This document shows, piece by piece, positions 30,409 through 39,356 of a stretch of DNA of 64,000 nucleotides; the first letter of the stretch is position 1; each line of letters opens with the position of its first letter. Below the pieces are notes generated by a model, which was not told the DNA's origin, did no database searches, and worked only from the letters and a program-made list of their open reading frames with translations. A program made the position numbers and the translations under genes. Origin of the DNA: an uncultured Acidobacteriota bacterium (GTDB taxonomy: Bacteria; Acidobacteriota; Thermoanaerobaculia; UBA5066; DATFVB01); assembly GCA_963813155.1 (NCBI GenBank), contig CAWEYG010000001.1:640001-704000 (forward strand), written 5' to 3'.

Positions 30409-30735
30409 ATGAAGTCGTGGGCTTTCCTGATCGTCTCGAGCCTGCTTCAGGTCGGCTGGCTCGTGAGCCTGCGGGCGACGCACGGGATGACCCGACTCGC
30501 GCCGCTCGCCCTCAACGCTCTGTTCGGCTTCACGTCGACCCTCCTTCTGTCCCTCTCGCTCGAGACCATCCCGATGAGCACCGCTTATGCGGCCTGGACG
30601 GGGTTCTCGATCATCGGCACGGTCATCGCCGACCTCCCCGCGCGCCCGTCGGCCATCCTCCCGAAAGCCGCCTGCATTTTCCTGATCCTCGCCGGCACGA
30701 CGGGGTTGAGGCTCTCCTTCCCCGTAAACCGCTGA
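30409..30735 (+). CDS. SMR family (Gdx/SugE-like) transporter with Gln at the conserved Glu14
   Basis: 4 TM; W..L...LLQVGW and IPMSTAYAAWTG motifs. Confidence 0.85.
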   Translation: MKSWAFLIVSSLLQVGWLVSLRATHGMTRLAPLALNALFGFTSTLLLSLSLETIPMSTAYAAWTGFSIIGTVIADLPARPSAILPKAACIFLILAGTTGLRLSFPVNR

Positions 30736-30759
30736 GCCGCGTCGAATTCTCGAGCGGGC

Positions 30760-30792
30760 GTTCACAAGGGATTCACGGAAACTTCTTCCGCC
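30760..30792 (+). promoter_or_regulatory. Putative Pho box upstream of the DUF4388 gene
   Basis: gTTCACaaggg aTTCACggaaa cTTCtt, 11-bp period. Confidence 0.65.
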
Positions 30793-30834
30793 CTTGACGC
30801 AGGCCGCTTCACGATCTCCCTCCGGAGGCAAACA

Positions 30835-31635
30835 ATGGCAGTCATGCAAGGAGACTTGTCGGAGTGTCCCGTTCCCGACCTGCTCCAGTTCTTTCAGGGC
30901 GCCCGCAAGCAGGGCCAGCTGCTGATCGAGAGCGCCGTGCTCCAGAAGCCGGCCGGCGTCTATTTCCATGACGGCCAGGTGATCCACGCGTATTGCCCTC
31001 CCAAGGAAGGGGTCTCCGCGATTTACCAGCTGCTCAAGTGGCGCGAGGGCAGGTTCGCCTTCCTCAAGGACATGGCCCCCGCACAGCGCACGATCCACAC
31101 CGATCTTCAGAACCTTCTTCTCGAGGGACTCCGGCAAATCGACGAGTTCAACCTCATCCGAGACCAGCTTCCTTCGCCTCCCACGGTCCTCTATCTCGAA
31201 CGCGACTCGGAGAAGACCGACGAGATCCGAATGACCCAGCCGGAGTGGAAGATGCTCTCGCTCGTCAACGGCCGGCGCACCCTGGGGCAGGTGATCGAAG
31301 TCTCGGGGCGCCCGGAAAACGACGCGGGCCGAATCCTTTACGGACTTCTGATCGCCGGCCTGATCACCGTGACTCACGACGACTTCTACCTGTCGGCGAT
31401 CGTGCCCGAGAAGATTCCCGCTGCCGCGGGCTCCAAGCGCCGTGCTCCTCCGCCGACGATCCTCGCGAGCCTGCTCTTGAACAAGATCGACGGCCGGAAA
31501 AACCTCAAGGAGATCCAGACGGAGCTGCGATGCACCGAGCGGGACCTCGTGGAGGAATTCCGACTCCTCATGCGGACCGAGTGGCTGAGGCTGTCGGCGG
31601 GGGAGGACGAATACAAGAGGTTTCTGGAAGGATGA
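30835..31635 (+). CDS. DUF4388 (PATAN-like) domain protein
   Basis: MQGDLSECPVPDLLQF...G.L...YFHDGQVIHA...LLKWREGRFAF...LLLEGLRQIDE, followed by wHTH-like segments. Confidence 0.85.
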   Translation: MAVMQGDLSECPVPDLLQFFQGARKQGQLLIESAVLQKPAGVYFHDGQVIHAYCPPKEGVSAIYQLLKWREGRFAFLKDMAPAQRTIHTDLQNLLLEGLRQIDEFNLIRDQLPSPPTVLYLERDSEKTDEIRMTQPEWKMLSLVNGRRTLGQVIEVSGRPENDAGRILYGLLIAGLITVTHDDFYLSAIVPEKIPAAAGSKRRAPPPTILASLLLNKIDGRKNLKEIQTELRCTERDLVEEFRLLMRTEWLRLSAGEDEYKRFLEG

Positions 31636-32145
31636 ACCCCGCGAAGAAATACCTCTGCCTCTTCACATCGCCGGAGCTCCAGTCCGAGTCGTGCTTCCGG
31701 GAGGGCAAAGGATGGCAGGAAGCAACCGACGAAGGGCGAATCGAATTCGTTCCCCACGTCCTCGATGGAGACCTGTCTCTGCTGATTGCTTCCGGGCCTC
31801 TTCTCCGCTTCCACGTTCCTCGCCCGAGCGGCCGATCTCTCGGATGCTCACCTCGGAACGCTCCGGGAGGCCGCTCATGCATTCCAGCGCCCCGACTGCT
31901 CGGTGGAGCTGGTCGCCGCCGAACGCCCGATCGACTTCGTCGCCTGGCTCAGCGCCGCCGCTCCCGACCTGATGGACGTGTACCGCCAGGACGGCGAGGT
32001 TCGCTATGGATATCCCTCCTGGTGGCGCGAGCGGGCGGAGCTGCACTTGTCCGGCCGCATCTCGCCGGGTTCTCTGCGCGAAACGGATTCGGCATTCGAC
32101 GCCGAGGCCCTGCGGGTTTTCGTCGCGAGGAGACGGGGTCTGTAG
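31632..32145 (+). CDS. Hypothetical protein (indel near 31788)
   Basis: ATGA overlap with the DUF4388 stop; continues in ORF 31786..32145. Confidence 0.6.
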
Positions 32146-32295
32146 GCTCGCGGTGAGGAACGCTGTCGGCTCTCCCTTTCACACCGTCCATACGTTCCGT
32201 GTGAAGAGACTTCGGCCGCAGTGGCGAAATATCGCTGGCGATCGAGGCCCGGCTGAAATATATCTGCGATAGCAACCTGCGGAAGGAGGACGCCG

Positions 32296-32517
32296 ATGAC
32301 GGACGATGCTGCTGAAACCCCGGCCGGAGACTCCCGGGTCGCGCGGCTCGAGGCCGAGGTGCGCGGCCTGAAAAAGTTCGTGACGACGCTGGAAGTCGGC
32401 CACGAGAACCGCGCCAAAGACTGGAATCGAAAGATCACGCAGCTAACGGCGGACGTCAAGGAGCTGAAAGACCGGATCCGGAAGACGCGGAAGAAGGTCA
32501 AGAAGCTCGCTCGTTAG
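32296..32517 (+). CDS. Small coiled-coil protein (73 aa)
   Basis: Strong AAGGAGGA RBS, heptad pattern, basic C-terminus. Confidence 0.75.
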   Translation: MTDDAAETPAGDSRVARLEAEVRGLKKFVTTLEVGHENRAKDWNRKITQLTADVKELKDRIRKTRKKVKKLAR

Positions 32518-32520
32518 TCG

Positions 32521-32546
32521 CTTCACGCCGATTTCACAACCGTTCG
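32521..32546 (+). promoter_or_regulatory. Putative Pho box upstream of the cNMP-binding gene
   Basis: cTTCACgccga tTTCACaaccg, 11-bp period. Confidence 0.65.
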
Positions 32547-32578
32547 CTATTTCTCGTAGACTTTCCGGAGGAGCGAGG

Positions 32579-32940
32579 ATGACGACAACGATAGGACTTT
32601 TTCGAAACTCGACCGACTTCGAGATCCTTTCCCGCGGGAAAGGTCATCTTCGAGGAGGGCGACCCCGGAAAGCACATGTACGCGGTGAAGGACGGCGAAG
32701 TCGACATCGTCGTCCACGGCAAGACCGTCGAGACCATCGGACCGGGGGGAGTGTTCGGGGAAATGTGCCTGATCGATTCGGGCGCCCGGAGCGCAAGAGC
32801 CGTTGCCCGAACGGACTGTCAGCTCGTCGCGGTCGACGAGCGGCGATTTTCGTTTCTCATCCAGCAGACTCCGCAGTTCGCGCTGCAGGTCATGAGAGAT
32901 CATGGCCGAACGGCTGCGCCGCCTGGACGCGAAACTCTAG
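32579..32940 (+). CDS. Stand-alone cyclic nucleotide-binding domain protein (indels near 32625 and 32900)
   Basis: IFEEGDPG..MY.V..GEV, FGEMCLI, RSARA; no HTH follows. Confidence 0.85.
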
Positions 32941-33611
32941 CCGGAGGATGCCCGCGGCTTGAACAGGGCGCGCCACGTCTGGTACGCGATCGCGCCCGCG
33001 AGAGAGCCCGACGGCTGGGAGCCCGACCACGCCATCGAGATCCGGAAACCCGACTCGACGAGAAAGTAGACACCCAGGAGCTGCCATTGGAGCGGAATCG
33101 GGAACAGGTTCTGGCCGGCGAACCCGCCGATCGTCAGGAACAGCGCGCAGAAGACTCCGTAGAGAAAGAGCGGCGCGGCGGAAACGATCGTCAGCAGGCT
33201 GGCGGAGACGTCGTATTCCCGCTCCCACTTCTCCTGCACTTCCGCGGGAAGGTGTCCCGCGAGCGGGGCGAGGAGGAGCAGCGTGAGCCGCCGCCGAGCC
33301 CGTTCTGCCTGGTCCGCTCGATCGGCGCGTCTCGCCGCCTCGCTCGATTCGTCGTACTCCTCGATCCGCCGGATCACGTGGGCTTCGGCCCACGGCGAGA
33401 GGGCATATACGGTCTTTCCCGCCGGCGAGCGGGAGAGGGAGACCACCTCGTACAGCGACCCGTCCCAGCGGACGGCCGTGCCGGGATGTTCGACCGAGGT
33501 CCGGGTCGCCGGCGTCCGAGCCGTCCACGTCTTCGGGAGGGGACACTCCAGAATCCAACGCTGCGGCCCCCCGGCCGAAACCGAGTCAAGGCCATAGGGT
33601 TTCGGCGTCAT
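32937..33611 (-). CDS. Hypothetical membrane protein
   Basis: 224 aa; soluble N-terminus (HPGTAVRWDG..YEV) plus about 3 TM; coupled to CHAD. Confidence 0.7.
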   Translation of the reverse strand: MTPKPYGLDSVSAGGPQRWILECPLPKTWTARTPATRTSVEHPGTAVRWDGSLYEVVSLSRSPAGKTVYALSPWAEAHVIRRIEEYDESSEAARRADRADQAERARRRLTLLLLAPLAGHLPAEVQEKWEREYDVSASLLTIVSAAPLFLYGVFCALFLTIGGFAGQNLFPIPLQWQLLGVYFLVESGFRISMAWSGSQPSGSLAGAIAYQTWRALFKPRASSG

Positions 33612-34505
33612 CGTGACCCCCGTTGCAGCGCAGCTCTGAACCTCGAGAAGAAACCCGTTCGGCGGCAGCCGTCAAGCTCGCGGATCGCCGCGGCCGTGCG
33701 CTCGCGCGAAAGCGCCGGCGACGGCGCGCAGCGGCGCCAGGAGCGAGCGCTCCAGCGCGACGAGGCCCTCGCGGCGCAATTCTGCGCGCAGCGAAGCGAT
33801 GCCCGCGTGAAGGGCGTTCGCGTCGTGCACGATTCCGAGCGCATCCTGCAGGGCTTTCAGCCTTCCGATCAGGCCCGGTACGCGGCGGCCGTCGTAGGCC
33901 GGCGAGCACATTTCCATCGAGTACCGGAATTTCTTGAGGTCGATCCGAAGGCGATGGAGACCGGCCGGGGTTGGATGCCGGAGCGTGTGGTCGAGTAGCC
34001 GAGCGAGGCTGGGAAGCCGCTCCTGAAGCTCCCTTCGCGCGACGGCGGATAGCGCGAGATCTTCCCCGTTGCCCGCGTCCAGCGCGTCGTCGGTCTCCGA
34101 CCGAATCTCCTTCGCGAAGTCCTCGAGATCGATGCGGCGCAACCCCTTCTCGAGCGCCTTCGCCCGCCGCTTCCTTTCGCGCGATTCCGATGCGATCAGG
34201 AACTCGATTGCGGCCCCGTGGGAAGGATCCCGCCGCCGAAGATCGAAGAGCTCTTTCAGGTCGACGTCGGCTTCGCGAAGCGCGCCGAGCCTCCGGCCGA
34301 GACTCTTCAGAGCCCGGCGGCCGCGGTCGAGCTTCCGGACGGGAGAAACGGCGAGCCACAGTTCCAGGGCCGCCCGGAGCCGGCGTGTCGCCACCCGAAG
34401 ATCGTGAATTCCGTCCGGGCCGGGATCGGCCGCCGCGCGCCCGGCAATCCCGAGCTGCTCGTCGATCGCCTTTGCGAGAACGGGGAGAACCGATGCGGCG
34501 GGCAT
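33608..34505 (-). CDS. CHAD domain (polyphosphate-binding) protein (probable indel near 33710)
   Basis: IHDLRVATRRLRA, LGALREADV, LHRLRIDLKKFRY, LQDALGIVHD. Confidence 0.9.
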
Positions 34506-34517
34506 CGGTCCGCAAGA

Positions 34518-35750
34518 TTATCCCGAATGCGCGAGCAGCGTCCTCTTTCCGATCCGAACGCTCCGGCCCCTCCAGCGAGTCCGATCCGACACGAGCCCGG
34601 CCCAGAACACGCCGAACGCAAGCACGTCTTTGACCGCGATCCAGGCGGGAACGGCTCTGGCGAGCGGAGAAACACCGCCCCGATTCAGCAGGAACAGGTC
34701 CGCGGCCAGCTTCCCGAGCACCGACGCGATTCCGGCGACGGCTCCCCAGAAACCGCCGAAGAGAACGACCGGAATGCTCCAGGGAATGGGGCTCGCAAAG
34801 ACCTCGGAGAGATATGCCGCCCCGCCCAGCTTCCGCCGCATGCGCGCCCACCGCACCTGCCGGTCCCAGAAGGAGCGGACCGTCTTTCCGCGGGAGACGA
34901 CCGTCACGAATTGCTGGGAGAGCACGGCTCGAAACCCGGCCCGAACCACGAGGTCCCCGAGCAGGAAGTCCTCGGCCAGGTGATCGCGAACGGAATCGAA
35001 TCCGCCGATCCAGTCGAGAGCCGTTCGGCGGAGAAAAATCGACTTCCCCACGACGCAGGGCTGCTTCAGGAGACAGGAAACGGTAGCCGTGCCGCCGAGG
35101 ACGAACCCGTTCATGTGCAGCGACTCGATCGTCGAGCCCGGCGAGCCGCCGCCGTCACAGCGGAACGGATTCGACACGAGGCCCACGAGGGGATCCTCGA
35201 ACTCCGCGGCGGAGCGGCGCAGGTATTCGGGCGCCGCGAGCACATCGCCGTCGGAGATCAGGAGAATCGGGTGCCGCGCGCGGGACAGCGCCGCGAGAAG
35301 CCGAGAAACCTTCGGGTTGCGCCCCGGCTCGCGCGCGTCGAAAACGAAAGCCGTCGGAACGTCGGGATGCCGGTCCGCGACGCGGCGAGCGATGGGAAAC
35401 GCGTCGTCGTCCCGGGAAGCGAACGAAAAGATGATTTCGTACTCCGGGTAGTCGAAGCGGTAAAACGACTCGAGATTCGTCTCCAGGCAGGCGTCCGCGC
35501 CCTTCAGGGGCTTGAGGATCGAGACGGGCAGCATGCCCGAGGCCGTGCGGGTCCTGTCACGGGACTCGACCCACTTTTCCGCTCGCTGCGTTCTAATGCC
35601 TTTGCGACGACTCCGCGCCGCGAGCGGCAAAAGGGGTCTCCTCCCACGCCACCCGCCCGGCCTGGGACGCGGATCGATTGCCAGCTGCGCCGCGAAGAGG
35701 ACGGCCGATCCGAGGATTGAAAGCGCGAGGCAGATCCAGAGAACGATCAT
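34518..35750 (-). CDS. Ceramide glucosyltransferase/HpnI-like glycosyltransferase (GT21/GT2)
   Basis: PVSILKPLKG, NPKV..L, ISDGDV, LAEDF, RQVRWAR; N-terminal TM. Confidence 0.9.
   Translation of the reverse strand: MIVLWICLALSILGSAVLFAAQLAIDPRPRPGGWRGRRPLLPLAARSRRKGIRTQRAEKWVESRDRTRTASGMLPVSILKPLKGADACLETNLESFYRFDYPEYEIIFSFASRDDDAFPIARRVADRHPDVPTAFVFDAREPGRNPKVSRLLAALSRARHPILLISDGDVLAAPEYLRRSAAEFEDPLVGLVSNPFRCDGGGSPGSTIESLHMNGFVLGGTATVSCLLKQPCVVGKSIFLRRTALDWIGGFDSVRDHLAEDFLLGDLVVRAGFRAVLSQQFVTVVSRGKTVRSFWDRQVRWARMRRKLGGAAYLSEVFASPIPWSIPVVLFGGFWGAVAGIASVLGKLAADLFLLNRGGVSPLARAVPAWIAVKDVLAFGVFWAGLVSDRTRWRGRSVRIGKRTLLAHSG
35541..35662. repeat. Palindromic element family A copy 2, inside the glycosyltransferase reading frame
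   Basis: Homologous to 1029-1165 (17-nt and 13-nt identical blocks); the ORF stays open across it. Confidence 0.8.
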
Positions 35751-36505
35751 GCGAAGGCCGGGACTCCCCCCCACGCCGGCGCGTTCTCTGCCGGGGGCTG
35801 AAGCTGGGTGATCGCGAGCGGCGCGGGACCGCGAAGCGCCGCGAGGACGCTCTCGGAGTCGCGGCGCGCGCGAATCAGGGTCTTCCAGGTGTAGAGATGC
35901 TCCTCGGAATGGAAATCTCCGGTCGCAATCGAGGGGAGCTTCTCGCGCGAAACCGCCGGAAAGAGATCCCAGCGATTCGCGACCTCCCACCGGTCGATAT
36001 GGCGCGCGAGCCGGCGGCGGCGGTTCCACAGGTAAAACGTGTTCGCGAACAATTCCTTCACCTCGTGGGGGTGGCACGCGACCGAGACGGCGCCCCGACG
36101 GCGGATCTCGCGCAGGATCTGGAGCGGCGATCGGTCGGCGGAAAGAAATTCGGTGATCCCCAGCGCCAGGATGTGGCACGACCGATCGCGCGTCAGGGCG
36201 TTGTGCGTGATCTCCGCCCCCGGGAGGACCAGCATTCGGTATTTCGCCCACGCCCGGGCGGCCTCGAAGGCGATCTCCTCGAAGTATTCGCGAGCGCTCT
36301 CGGGCGTCACGGTGCGGCCGAGGGCCCGGGCGGCCCGTCCGAGGAGGCCCTTCGTGTCGGTGATGTGATCGGTGATCGCGATGACGTCATGGCCCGACCG
36401 GCCGAAGAGATCCACGACGTCCGCCATGGGAAGTTTCCCGTCGGAATGATTCGTGTGGACGTGAAAGTCGCTCAACAGCGTTTCTTCGTTCGCTTCTCTC
36501 TCCAT
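35747..36505 (-). CDS. PHP domain metal-dependent phosphoesterase
   Basis: DFHVHTNHSDG, AITDH, GAEIT, CHP, WEVAN, TGDFH. Confidence 0.88.
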   Translation of the reverse strand: MEREANEETLLSDFHVHTNHSDGKLPMADVVDLFGRSGHDVIAITDHITDTKGLLGRAARALGRTVTPESAREYFEEIAFEAARAWAKYRMLVLPGAEITHNALTRDRSCHILALGITEFLSADRSPLQILREIRRRGAVSVACHPHEVKELFANTFYLWNRRRRLARHIDRWEVANRWDLFPAVSREKLPSIATGDFHSEEHLYTWKTLIRARRDSESVLAALRGPAPLAITQLQPPAENAPAWGGVPAFA

Positions 36506-36561
36506 GAAGGAATCGTGCGCCCCGCCCGCCAAAACCCATGGAACTTAAAGAAAAAGCTCTG

Positions 36562-37827
36562 TTAGCGGGAGGTAAGAACGGGATGAAGAAACCGGGCGCC
36601 AAGCTCGGCGAACAGCGCCGCCGAGGGCCGCCGGCGGCGTGCGAACGTCGCGTAATCGACGTCGACGAGCCCGAACCGGGGGGCGAACCCCTCGAGCCAT
36701 TCGAAGTTGTCCAGCAGCGACCAGTAGAAATACCCCTCCAGGGGAAGCCCCGAGTTTCGGGCTCGGGCGAGGAGAGCCACGTGCTCGCGAAGAAAGTCGC
36801 AGCGCAGGCGGTCGTCGCGGGTCGCGATTCCGTTTTCGGTCACGATCACGGGGAGCCCGGTTTCCGCCGCGGTTCGCAGGCACGAGACGAGCCCTTCCGG
36901 GTGTACTTCCCAGCCGGTGTCGGTCAACCCCCGGCCTCCCCCGTCGCGGTAGAAGAACTCCCCCTTCCAACGGGACCGGCCCGGAAACTGGAGATGGAGC
37001 CGGCTGTAGTAGTTCACGCCGATGAAATCCGTGGTCCCGGGAAGGTCCGGAAGGGAGGCCCGGATCCGGCCGATCATCGGGATCCGCATGTCGAGCCGGC
37101 CCGTGACGGCGGCTTCGAGGTAGGCGCGGTTGTAGAAACGATCGGCGGCCGCGGCGAGCCGCCGATCCGCCCAGGAGGTGCGCCGGCCCGGCGCGAAATC
37201 CATCATGTTGTGCGCGACGCCGAACCGGGCGCGAGAATTTCTCTCGCGCAAGAGGAAAGAGGCTTCGATATGCGCCCGCAGGAGGTTCTCGATCGCCCGG
37301 GAGGCCTTCGAAAAATCGTTGATGCCGGGCGGGATCCGGCCGTCCAGGTAGCCGCCCAGGACGAACACGACCGGCTCGTTCAGGATCGTGTACATCGAGA
37401 CGCGGTCTCCGACCGCGTCCGCGACGGCGCGCGCGAAATCGAGGAAGAGGTCGACGCCGCGGCGCGTCTCCCATCCGAACTCGGCGAACCACGCCGGATG
37501 CGTGTAGTGAAAGAGCGTGAGAACGGGCTCGATCCCGAGCTGGAGCAGCCGGTCGACCCGGCGGCGATATTCCTCAAGGGCGGCGAGCGAAAATTCGCCG
37601 CGGACGGGTTCGACTCTCGACCACTCGACTGAGAACCGGTACGCGTTCACGCCGAGCGAAGCGAGAAGAGCGTAGTCGCTCTCCCAGAGTCTCCCGTGCC
37701 CCGACGCCTCTCCACACCGCTCGTGGCGGGCCCGAAGCTTCCCTTCCCCCTCCCATCGCGCCCAGTCGCTCCCGGGGCCTCCCTCGATCTGGTATTCGGA
37801 GGTCGCGGCACCCCAGAGGAACTTCAT
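36562..37827 (-). CDS. Glycoside hydrolase family 1 beta-glucosidase
   Basis: FLWGAATSEYQIEG, YRFSVEWSRVEP, catalytic NEP and TENG, WSLLDNFEW. Confidence 0.95.
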   Translation of the reverse strand: MKFLWGAATSEYQIEGGPGSDWARWEGEGKLRARHERCGEASGHGRLWESDYALLASLGVNAYRFSVEWSRVEPVRGEFSLAALEEYRRRVDRLLQLGIEPVLTLFHYTHPAWFAEFGWETRRGVDLFLDFARAVADAVGDRVSMYTILNEPVVFVLGGYLDGRIPPGINDFSKASRAIENLLRAHIEASFLLRERNSRARFGVAHNMMDFAPGRRTSWADRRLAAAADRFYNRAYLEAAVTGRLDMRIPMIGRIRASLPDLPGTTDFIGVNYYSRLHLQFPGRSRWKGEFFYRDGGGRGLTDTGWEVHPEGLVSCLRTAAETGLPVIVTENGIATRDDRLRCDFLREHVALLARARNSGLPLEGYFYWSLLDNFEWLEGFAPRFGLVDVDYATFARRRRPSAALFAELGARFLHPVLTSR

Positions 37828-37858
37828 GGCGCCACATGCGCGTTGACTATGATGCCTC

Positions 37859-38680
37859 ATGCGCGGGCTGCCCGACTATCACGTTCACACGTTCCGCTGC
37901 GGCCATGCCGGAGGGCAATCCCGCGAGTTCGTGGAGACGGCCATCGAGCGCGGGATCTCCGAGATCGCGTTCACGGACCACATCCCGCTCTATTTCCTTC
38001 CGCCGGAAAAGCGCGACCCGAAGCTCGCCATGCGGGAAGACCAATTCGACGGGTACGTCGCCGAGGTTCGCGCCCTCCAGCAGGAGTTCGCCGGCGCGAT
38101 CGCGATCCGGCTCGGGCTGGAAGCCGACTACGCGGAGGGATTCGAGGAAGACCTCGCTCGCTGGCTCGGCAGGGCGGAATGGGACCTCGTGCTCGGGTCG
38201 GTTCACTGGGTTGCCGGCGACTGGATCGACTCCCCGGGCGCCCGCGATCGCTTCTCGCGAGAGGGGACGGAGTTTCTCTACCGCGAGTACTATCGGCTGC
38301 TCGCGAAAGCGGCCGGCACCGGGTTTTTCGACGTTCTCACGCACTTCGATCTCCCGAAAAAATTCGGCGTCCGGCCCGCCACGCCTCTCGAGCCGGAGGA
38401 AGACCGCGCGATCGAGGCCACGGCCGCCGCGAAGTGCGCCGTCGAGATCTCCTCGGCGGGACTCCGAAAACCGGTGGCCGAGATGTATCCGGAGCCGCGC
38501 ATTCTTCGGAAGCTCGTCGCCGCCGGCGTCGCCGTGACGTTCTCGTCAGATTCTCACGCGCCGGCCGAGGTCGGCTGGGGCTATGCGACGACCGCCGCCG
38601 AGGCGAGGGCGTGCGGCGTGCGAGAGTTCGTGACTTTCGAAAAACGCCGGCGGCGCTCGCATCCCCTTCCCGAATTCTGA
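37859..38680 (+). CDS. Histidinol-phosphatase HisJ/HisK family (PHP)
   Basis: DYHVHT..CGHA, FTDH.P, GLEAD, LGSVH, HFDLPKK, EISSAGLRKP, SSDSH. Confidence 0.9.
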   Translation: MRGLPDYHVHTFRCGHAGGQSREFVETAIERGISEIAFTDHIPLYFLPPEKRDPKLAMREDQFDGYVAEVRALQQEFAGAIAIRLGLEADYAEGFEEDLARWLGRAEWDLVLGSVHWVAGDWIDSPGARDRFSREGTEFLYREYYRLLAKAAGTGFFDVLTHFDLPKKFGVRPATPLEPEEDRAIEATAAAKCAVEISSAGLRKPVAEMYPEPRILRKLVAAGVAVTFSSDSHAPAEVGWGYATTAAEARACGVREFVTFEKRRRRSHPLPEF

Positions 38681-38684
38681 CCGA

Positions 38685-39356
38685 TCATCCGATCTCAGCC
38701 GCGTGGTGCTTCACGACCTTCGCCTGCGCGATGTAGATCGTGTCCTCCGCGATGTTCGTCGCCAGGTCGCCGACGCGCTCCAGGTTCTTCGACACCGAGA
38801 TCAGCTCCAGGCAGTACGAAATCAGCGACGGCGTCTCGGCCATGTAGGTCAGCAGCTCGCGGATGATCGACTGGTTCTTTTCGTCGAGAACGTCGTCCTT
38901 TCGGATGACGCTGTTGGCGAGCACGATGTCGCGGTTGACGAACGAATCGAGCGCGTCTTTGAGCATCGCCTTCGCGATTTCGGCCATGTGGGGAAGATCC
39001 ACGAACGGCTTGACCGGCTTCGGCTTCAGCGTTGCGATCCGCTCCGCTCCCTCCGCAATGTTGACGGCGTGGTCGCCGATCCGCTCGAGATCGTTGTTGA
39101 TCTTGAGCGCCCCGATCAGGAGACGCAGGTCGACGGCGACCGGCTGTTGGAGCGCGAAAAGCTGGATGGCTTCCTCTTCGATCTCGACTTCGGTCCGATC
39201 GATCAACTCGTCGGCCGCGATGACGCCGCGAGCCTGTATGGCTGAGCCTTCCGTCAACGCTTCCACCGCCGCCGCGATCTGCTTCTCCACCTCCGCGCCG
39301 AACAGGATCAGGCGGCGCCGCAGGTGCTCGAGTTGTTCCGCGAAATGTTCCTTCAT
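38685..39356 (-). CDS. phoU: Phosphate signalling complex protein PhoU
   Basis: QQPVAVDLR, DLERIGDHAVNIAE, LERVGDLATNIAE. Confidence 0.95.
   Translation of the reverse strand: MKEHFAEQLEHLRRRLILFGAEVEKQIAAAVEALTEGSAIQARGVIAADELIDRTEVEIEEEAIQLFALQQPVAVDLRLLIGALKINNDLERIGDHAVNIAEGAERIATLKPKPVKPFVDLPHMAEIAKAMLKDALDSFVNRDIVLANSVIRKDDVLDEKNQSIIRELLTYMAETPSLISYCLELISVSKNLERVGDLATNIAEDTIYIAQAKVVKHHAAEIG

Noticed and set aside
32178-32205. TTCACAC-N14-GTGTGAA palindrome as a CRP site linked to the cNMP protein
   Set aside because: Half-site orientation and spacing do not match TGTGA-N6-TCACA, and the cNMP protein has no HTH.
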